A DNA stretch of 62,036 nt, filler included, from Choristocarpus tenellus KU-1152 (lineage: Eukaryota > Protista > Phaeophyceae), in NCBI GenBank assembly GCA_964200185.2. It is 10 parts of 10 records of this genome, joined end to end, with 100 filler letters (N's around TTAATTAATTAA, not from the genome) between each part and the next. Parts side by side here need not be neighbours in the genome. Positions count along the whole stretch, not along the records: positions 41,564 to 59,372 come from CAXNAD020000627.1; positions 59,473 to 62,036 come from CAXNAD020026738.1; 8 more parts are not named here. One strand, 5' to 3'. The position numbers and the translations under genes were made by a program. Position 1 is the first letter of the stretch. Each line of letters begins with the position of its first letter. Under the pieces are notes generated by a model. That model had not been told where the DNA came from. It ran no database searches and was given only the letters and a program-made list of their open reading frames with translations. This document shows positions 53,709 to 62,036 of this stretch, piece by piece.

Positions 53709-56700
53709 ATGCTAGCTGCTGGAGCCCGGGTTGTTGCCGCCCCTACCAGCTTGACTGCAAAGCAGATTGCGCTGTTGGCAGTTCGAGGCAAGTGTGTTGA
53801 GGTGACTGCTTTGCAGAAGTTCGCCCCAAATGAAACAGCACTTGTCAGGCCACCCCCTTCCACTTCGGTGGACAGGTCATCGGCAATGGAGGCGCCATTG
53901 AGTGCTAGAGAGCGGTCGCAGGACACACTTTTAGGTAACACATCCTCGCAGGGAGAGGTTAATGGAAGATCGGCGAGGAAAGTGGTTTACAATTCAAGGG
54001 GATTATCTATGGTAAAGAGTATGGGGCCTCTGAAACGGGGGTTTCAACTGGTGGACTTACATGCTGTGGTGCAGAATTATGTTCAGTGGAGACATTGCCT
54101 CCCCAAGGTGTGACCTGTTTCATGTCTCTCCAAGAGGGTGGTAGTATTAATGTGGGTAGTTTGCAGGAAGTGGGTAACTACGATTTTCTCAACTGTAGCA
54201 GGTGCTGCTACATACTCATCTTGTACCCCAGAGAACAAACATCAGCAACCGACAGGTGTTGACATACCATTTTCCCACCTCATCCCAATTGTCAATGTAC
54301 TTGGCCTTGACATTCCTACAATATATGCTACTCCGCGTGTTCTTCTGTTCCTCCTAAGTAGCTATACACTTATGACCGCATGTGAGGGTGGGTAGATGTT
54401 TTATGTAGAATTTGCCTCAATTGCTTTGAAACTGCACAGCCTAGCCAACCAAATCTAGCAAATATGGTTTGAGTAGTGGGTTGGCTCCAATGATATGTCA
54501 ATTTAACTGAACTGTGATTGTTGGGGGAGGGGGGGTGAGGGTCTTGCTGGGTTCCAAGCAGCTTGTTGGTCATTTGAATTATGTGCTGTGTCCAGTAATT
54601 GCCTGGTTAGAACAATGTAAGGCATTTCGTGGAGCAGTATTCTCTACATGAGGCAGTTTGGGAATGAAATGTGATGAGGAGATGGTGACTATGCTAAACC
54701 ATGGCGCGTTGAATTTGCAGCACTGCACAGTGCTTTGAAGCCACTCAACGAACAGGAAGAGAGAGCACCGCAGATCCAACGAACAGAAGTTACTGACATG
54801 AAACGGTTTTCTCGTTGTTCCAAGCTCATTTCAGTTCACCTTGAAACCGGCCAATAGCCAAATTTAACATGATCGAAGCAGAATCTCATCACTATGTTCG
54901 TTTTGCATCTTACGTATAAATCTGATTTAACCCTCTACGTTTTTCACAACTTATTGGACTCAACTGTATGTTGTGTTTTGTATGCAAATGTCCTCCTCCA
55001 GGTGGAGGCATGCTTCCGGGTGGGGGATAACCGAGATGCTGTTCTCCTGAGCCTTGTCTCGGCGCTAGGTGTTCGTCTCATATGCTCTACCGCTCTTGAT
55101 GTAAAGGTGGCAAGGGTGGCAGCGACTTTGGTGCCTGCAGATAAAATTGACCGCCATCCCCTGGTGCCACTGCGACTTCTTGACTCTAACCTATGTCGGC
55201 CACCAGCCTTGCTCCACACTGGAGCAGAGGCTGGAATGCCAATCTATGAGGTGGGTTGGTAATATGAGGTTCTCAGATCTCCTGGTCTTTTACCACCGCT
55301 TCTTCCCTTGCCTCTCCGCCCCCTCACTTTTCATACCAGCATTTTGGCTTGATCCTTCCCTTGGTACATTGTGCGGAAAGGGTGAACAAAGTGAGATGGT
55401 CACTTTGGTCCTTTACCTCAAGTGTTGCCCATTCTTTGTCCTCCATGACAATTGCGTATCGTTCCTCCATGCCGTAGAGAATAACTTGCATGCTCTGTTT
55501 AATGTTTTTACTACATGACTGTACCCCCCCCCACACACAGTACAAGCAATATACTTGTCCTTCGTGCATACTTCAAGGTACTTGATTGTACCATCTATAT
55601 ACTACATGTTTATGTGCTCATGCATAGAAATGAATATACAAACTAGTATATCCTCACCACTCCCATGTAGTTCCTTTATGGTACAAAATTGGTGACATGT
55701 ACACTATAGAGTTCTCCTTCTCTGCTATTGCCCTGAATTGCCTGTCACCCCTGCCTTGCCCACACCTAATGCAGGTAGACAGTGCAGAGGAAGTGCTCAG
55801 GATATTGTCCACTCTTAATGGGGAAGGTTCCAGTCGTGGGCAATGCACAGCCAATCTGCAAGACTGTGACAGTTTTGAAAACGAAGACCGTTCTGCCTTG
55901 GATGATAGAGATTGCCATCGTAGCAATGCTCATCCTACTGGCTCAGGAAGATTGTGTCATTCAGGAAGTAGCTCTGCCATGGTGACTCCCATTGAGGTAC
56001 TGATAAGGTTGACTCTTCCACCACAAGCTCATGTGAAGCGTGTTGATTTGTCAGAGACTAGGGCGAGGAAAGAAGGGTGCCTAGAAGGAGGGGAGAAGGA
56101 TAGCTTTCCTGGAATGGAAGCTACCTTGACATCACAGGGATTGGCTTTCCCAGTGGAGGTAGAGCATGGAGCAGAACTAGAGGATATCGTCTCCATCCTG
56201 GAGGCAACGGCAACTGCTTCAGCAAAGGCATGTATGTCTGGCACCAGTAGGGGTATTGGTTGTGGTTACAGGAGAAAGAGGAGTTTCACAGTTGTAGGGT
56301 TTTCACTTGACCTGGGTATGGTCTGCCGTGCTGCCTCCACAGTGGCCTCTTGCTCACATGAACCAAGTCTGACTCCAGGGCTGGCATCAGATTCAGGATT
56401 GCCAGATACACCTACTGGTCGTGAGAGAGAAGGGGAGGACTGTGTCCTCAATGCCAATATGGAGACGGCGGTGTCATATGTGCTTGAGGCTGCGCAACGA
56501 GCAACAGCATGGATGGCATCGAGAGGAGAAGCTGCTTCCAAGGTTAAGAATGTGGAAACAGGTAGCAGTTTCAGCAGTTTTGGTGACAGCAAAGATGAGG
56601 TCACTAGTGCATCGCCAGCACAAAGAGGGGTTTTCCATTTCCGTCGGCTCCATGTACTGGGACTGGGGACAGGGGGTGCCTGCAGGGAGCCCTTATCGGC

Positions 56701-57460
56701 ACTGAAAGCGGCCCTTGCCCGTCTTGGTCCCGACGTGAGGCCTTCTGTATCAGCGGATGCCACTGAGTACCTAGTCGCTGGTGGAGTGTGCTCACTGGCC
56801 GCGTCTATAATTGGGAAGAAGGTCCCTCATGTTGCCCAAGGCACCACAAGGGATACAAAGCCGACTGCTATTGGGCTTAAAGAGATTACAAGTAACACTG
56901 TTGCTGCACCTGAGTCAGCAGCGTTGGATTCCATGGAGAGAGTGGAAGGGGCAATAGCAGGGTCGGAGATTGAGGCTAGAGAGAATGTGGAGCCCTCTCC
57001 CCTAGGTAGTATGTATTATATAGATGATGGCTGCTACGGATCCCTGAGTGGGGCAGCCCTCCGTGGTGAGGAGATGCAGCCACGCCCACTGTTTTCTCAG
57101 CACACATATGCTGAATGGGACAAGGCAACGTGCACTCTTCCAACTTCATCTACTACTGTGTCTTCATCGTTTTCCAGTCTTGCTTTCAATCCTTCTCTTG
57201 CCAGTTCCTCGGACACCATCCCTGCTCTTTCTTTGACTTCCCTGGTGCCATGTACCGTATGGGGCCCCACCTGCGATGGACTTGATTGTGTGTCAAGGGT
57301 GACAACTCTCCCGGTGGACCTAGAGTCAGGAGTGGACTGGCTCTTTTTTGCAGACATAGCTCTGAGGACAGCAGCAGATGCCACATGTTTCAACGGGCTA
57401 GAGCCTCCTGATATCCTTTACTGCCTCCGACAGCAAGATTGGCATTGTGCACCTCAGTAG
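53709..57460 (+). CDS. Ornithine decarboxylase homologue (fold-type III), predicted catalytically incomplete; 777 aa; exons 53709-54107, 55002-55250, 55775-57460
   Basis: FQLVDLHAVVQNYVQWRHCLPKVEACFRVGDN (ODC FYVADL..W...LPRVTPFYAVKCN), NLCRP (NPCK), VDSAEE, YYIDDGCYGSL, VWGPTCDGLD, DWLFF, FNG; two phase-0 GT-AG introns; frame intact. Confidence 0.9.
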
Positions 57461-59472
57461 GAGAAGGGTAGAAAGTGAAGTATTGTTTATGCAGTAATAG
57501 TAGCTCCTGTAGCTCCTAGTTGATATGTATGTGGGAGAATGTTTTCGTAATGGTCAATAGTGTTTTATATTTATATTTTAATTAGTAGCATAGATTATAG
57601 CAGTAGTCTGAGTGGGTCCCGGAGCCATGGTGGAAAGGTAGTGTGAAGAAAATGCAATCTAGTTGAGAGATGCAATTAGAAAGGAGAAATAATCCTGTCT
57701 ATCTATGAAGGGAACAACAAGAACCCAGGCGAGTACATTTAATAGATACTTGGGATAGGACGTCATCATCAGACTTGTTACATTGTGGGTAGAAAGAGTT
57801 GATTCGTTCCTGCTGTGGGTCAATTCTCAATTTTTCGATTAACTTAGAAATCTTGAAAGAGGTATTGGAAAGCTTGGGAAATCACCCTGGTCTTGGGGAA
57901 CCAACGCTGTCACACTTTTTTGACACACAAGTTTAGGGTTAGAGGTTTTCGAAAATGTGTATGAAAAAGTGATTAGTGGTGAAACCTTGAGAAGTGCGGT
58001 GGTTCCCCAGTGCAAGCTATACTGCTGCACCACTTCTTTTACAGTGTTTCCCTGGTTGGTTAGGGATATTTTCACATGTTTAGGGTTGGGGATAGGGTTA
58101 GGTTTCAAAAATGCGTCCAAAACAAGTGAAAAAATATTACAGTTGTGGGTCTAGAAGACGGGCGTTCCCTTGTGCACTGGACTACAGCATAAGGTTCTTC
58201 AAATATCCAATTAACTAGCTTATTTTTATCACCCAAACAGGTGTTAGGGAAGCATTTTGGCTGCTTGCAAACTCATTTCTTGCGTTCCTTATAAACCACA
58301 GACTTGCCCATGGATGGCATCTTTTCCCCTGAGAATATTCGTGGCATGAAAAGTGTTTGATCTTTTTTATGTTAAACGACAGAGCCCCTAGCAGCATCCG
58401 TCCCTTATGTCATATTTGCGGGTTATATATATTGTAACCAATCATACACCATGTATGCAGTGACAAGCTGACTGGACCCCTGCATAGTAACACCACTATA
58501 ATAATGATAGTACTAAGAATAATACAATACTAATGATAATGATAATACAATAAAATCATAAAAACAATAATAACAATGAAACAAAATTAACAAGAGTCTC
58601 AGTAGTCTCAGCCACAACACAAGTAGCCCTATCTAGATGTGTCACACGTTTTAAGCTGGAGACACCTGGGAGATTGGCAACGAGGGGCTTCTTAGATTCT
58701 TGGGATGCTTCCCTAGCTCATCACCCTGGGGTGTAGGACTAAGCTAGGTTGGAGGCACAGGAAGGCAGCGGTGCAGCATAGCTGGTAGTAAAATAGAAAA
58801 TAGATTAATAACTTTCACATATATGACAACTGTTACTTTTTTAGGGGGTTTTCTGGCATGTGAATAATTTTCATTGGTTTTTCCCCGAAGCATCTGGAAA
58901 ATGTCAAAGGCATAATAATATACTAACAATAATAACAAAAATAATAACAATAACACAATAACAATGATAATAATTTAGGTTATTGGGAAGGGTCACTCCC
59001 CCCCACCTTGCACACTCCACCATGGAGCAAGCAGACAATACCTCACTATGGACGCTAGAGAAGATAATGGGGGCAGCAGACTCGGTGGGATCCACTGACT
59101 TCTTTGAAGGGGGATGTGGCAATCGGTGTCTTTCCCTGGATACTTACCAACAGAGTTTAGACTCACTGCCAGCAGATCCTTAGGGAGGGAGGAGACCTTA
59201 TCTAACAAGCACTCGGTGGCTGGGTGCAGGAGGCAAAAATATTGATACAAGGCACGCACATACCTGGCCTAGGGCAGGAAGATAGGTTCGCCAACACGTT
59301 ACAGCACGCTCCAGGAGCTTACCTCTACAGGATGTATAGCTCCCATCTACGGGCCTATAGATGATACTGATGNNNNNNNNNNNNNNNNNNNNNNNNNNNN
59401 NNNNNNNNNNNNNNNNTTAATTAATTAANNNNNNNNNNNNNNNNNNNNNNNNNNNNNNNNNNNNNNNNNNNN

Positions 59473-59597
59473 GTGTGTCCGAAACATAGATATTGACACT
59501 TTCTAACAAACACGATAGTCAAAATTACATCAAAGTCACAACATTGTCTTTTGACCCCCAGTTGGACGAGTCTCTACCATCTAAGATACTTTGGCTC
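59473..59597. mobile_element. Partial copy (right half) of the 266-bp MITE at contig start
   Basis: gtgtgtccgaaacatagatattgacact...ctaagatactttggctc aligns to 60500-60625. Confidence 0.8.
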
Positions 59598-59836
59598 TTC
59601 TTTCTCCAATACGCATCACTGAAAAAAACTACATACTGATTGGCGTCCTCGACATTGACTTGTTTCAAACTATTCGCCCCGCAAGCCGCCTCCATTAAAC
59701 ACGTTCACCACGTCAACCATATATTTTGCTCTGCCCGATTGACATGATATCGTACTTCCATTACACTCTCCCATTTTTTTCGTCACCATCGTCCCCTCCT
59801 CTCCTCAAAGACATCCTCCGCCGTCTCCACTGCTAG

Positions 59837-61747
59837 ATTATCGAGAAGGACTCGTCTCTACGCGCTTACCTCACCACCTGGGATGGTAAATACCAGGATG
59901 TACTCAACCGGGTCAACCTTCACCAGGTCCACAGCGGACGGAGCTGTGATGGCGGCGGCGCAGAAGTTGAGAGGTCTTTTAGATCGGCATCAAATGACCG
60001 TGAGAAAGAAGACAAGGGAGGGGACGAATACGTCGGAGGGAATGGACTGTCAGGCAGGGAGGATGCGGGCAAAGGGGGTTCTGTCGGCAGTGTTCCTGGT
60101 GCGGAAGAAGAAATGCAAAACAAAGAGGGAGGGTGGAACGCGGGCGTTTGCTGTACTGAATGCAATCCTCCACCCACGTCTCGGTGAGTAATGTAGTTGT
60201 AACGGTACATGTGTAGGGCGGAGTGTAACTAATAGCGTAAGATTGGTTTTCATCCAATCCCCCGAACGGATAGATATGTTGTATCTTTTCAGCGGCGCAC
60301 GCCATTGAACCGGTGGAATGTTGCGGGGTCCCTCTGTGTGCAGCGCTGCGGTAGCTACCCCCACGTGAATGAAAGTATCTTAGAGCGTATGAGTTTTGCC
60401 CTTTTTGTCCATTTGGGGCTTGACATTCTATGGGTTCTTTATGCCGTTTTCTTACTTCAAAATGTTTGGGAGTAGGTATAATGTATACGTTATGAAAAGG
60501 TGTGTCCGGAACATGGATATTGACACTTCCTAACAAACACGATACCCACAATTATATCAAAATCGCAACATCGGATTTTGGACCCCAAGTGGACGCGGCT
60601 CTACCCTCTAAGATACTTTGACTCACGTCTCTTTATTTACCACAGTCTGATTGTGTGTTAATAATGCATGTACATCACCGACTGTTGTATCTCACCTGTA
60701 CTGTTTTGTGCCGTCAATTTCGCGATCCTTCGTAACCGTGGATTCCTGCGTTGCGTTGTTGTGCCCAATTAGTTATTTGGAAAATTACTATCCTATCTGT
60801 TTAATGCTCTCGTTCGATGACACGCGCGACAGGTATTCATGCCCAAGGTGCTCAATCACGCATATGGGCGAATGTGCTTATGCGGAGATTGTAGGCGACG
60901 AAAGGGACAAGGATCGATTATGTATCAATTGCCCCATGGGACAGGAGGGCAGTGAAGGGTCTGGATCGATGAGGAACAAAGCGGCGGGTCGGGGTAGGGG
61001 CAAGGGCAAGGGTAAGGCTCGCGCAAGGAGTGCGGGCGGGTCACCCACGATGCAAAGCCTTTTACGTCCCCCCTCACGCAGCGAAACGGCCGACATGGAG
61101 AAGTGCATGTGGGTTTCGGCGTTGTTGCACATTATACAGACACATAAGTCGTCTCTGCGTGTTTGTTTTCGCGTTGGTTTGCACATAGGTCTTGGCTGCT
61201 TGTACATTATGTGGATTGCTCATCCTTTGCACCTTAGACGTGTCGCTTTTTTTGGAGGGGTTCCATGGGCCGTCAAACTTAGTGTTTTGACGTCTACCCT
61301 CCTTCCACGATCCGTATCTGATTAGTCTGGCGTTGTGGAGGGTACGGCCTGATATTTTGGAGATGCCGTGGAAATATTGTCAGGACCTCACTTAATGAAA
61401 AAATTGCCTGCACAGTAGCTTACTATGCCGTCCTTCTTGTCGTGCTGTCTGTCTACTGTGTCATGTGTCATGATGTCCAAGCAGGAGTGAGAACACTGCA
61501 CTACACGACCTTCGCCCTCTCGACCCCACGGTATCCTTAGACAAACTTAGTGATTTAGCCTTCCGCAACGCGCCAAAGCTCGCCATAGTGTCCATTGCCG
61601 CCGAGCCAAGACTCCTCATCGACGAAGAGGCGACCAACACGCACCTGCACGATATGCTTCAGTGCTTGCGGCCTAAGATGCATCCTCAGGGCACCATCGC
61701 GCTCACTGTGCCCCACCCGTGGAAGGTGCATTTACACCGCCTACACG
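59837..61747 (+). CDS. Hypothetical protein fragment with PHD-like zinc finger; exons 59837-60183, 60833-about 61110, probably 61559-61747
   Basis: Phase-2 splice yields CTEC-x9-CPRC-x3-H-x3-C-x15-CINC (C4HC3-like); link to the third exon not resolved. Confidence 0.55.
60363..60628. mobile_element. 266-bp MITE with about 23-bp TIRs, intronic
   Basis: acgtgaatgaaagtatcttagag ... ctctaagatactttgactcacgt (21 of 23 positions complementary). Confidence 0.85.
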
Positions 61748-62036
61748 GTGAGTTGCAGAGTTCGCCAGCGCTGAAATACGGGGTGCATTGCGGGAGACTA
61801 TTGAAATCCACCATGACTGTTATTATTACGTCTGTGTGCCGATCGAATATTGTGCAACCGTTCAGGAGATGCGGATTAGGTCGTGTGTATTCCTATATTT
61901 TTCACTTTCCCCATGTTGTTTCATGTCCTTCGTACCTTCCACTTCCTTTTGTGTCACTTGCTCTTTCCCCCCGGCAACTACGTACTTCCTTGTTTAATTG
62001 TCCATTTTCTCGCATGCTGGTGTTACTCGTCTTCAC

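Noticed and set aside
41594-57460. Functional cluster of proteasome RPN1 with the ODC-like gene (ODC is a ubiquitin-independent proteasome substrate)
   Set aside because: Same contig, but a probable unrelated gene lies between them and neighbourhood alone is not evidence in a eukaryote
58983-59372. Coding-like GC-richer stretch at the contig end
   Set aside because: Interrupted by stops, no recognisable domain; possibly a decayed element but unsupported
4089-59472. Recurrent TTAATTAATTAA palindrome flanked by N runs, resembling a regularly repeated element
   Set aside because: Artificial six-frame-stop contig linker; it also invalidates any gene-cluster inference across linkers

Overview
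Eukaryotic, intron-rich genomic DNA, most consistent with a photosynthetic stramenopile such as a brown-alga-like lineage (inference from gene style, intron sizes and interstitial TTAGGG repeats). It is not one continuous locus: ten contigs are joined by nine artificial 100-bp linkers (N44-TTAATTAATTAA-N44), so adjacency across linkers means nothing. Recognisable genes, assembled by hand from exons and splice phases: a UPF0126/TRIC-type membrane protein (partial), a TBC1D22/Gyp1 Rab-GAP, W2-domain exons of eIF2B-epsilon type, the 5' part of a soluble FAD-dependent fumarate reductase, a WD40 protein, proteasome subunit Rpn1/PSMD2 (13 exons, two GC donors) and a degenerate Ty1/copia element with a half-tRNA-Met primer site. 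Several MITEs and hypothetical genes are also present. Two candidates stand out. (1) A 777-aa ornithine decarboxylase homologue has lost nearly all PLP-site residues contributed by its own subunit but kept those donated to the partner subunit, suggesting a pseudoenzyme or heterodimer regulator of polyamine synthesis. (2) A 96-aa, three-exon protein resembles only the N-terminal histone pre-mRNA-processing domain of FLASH/CASP8AP2. All family assignments are by motif recognition from memory; no database search was run.
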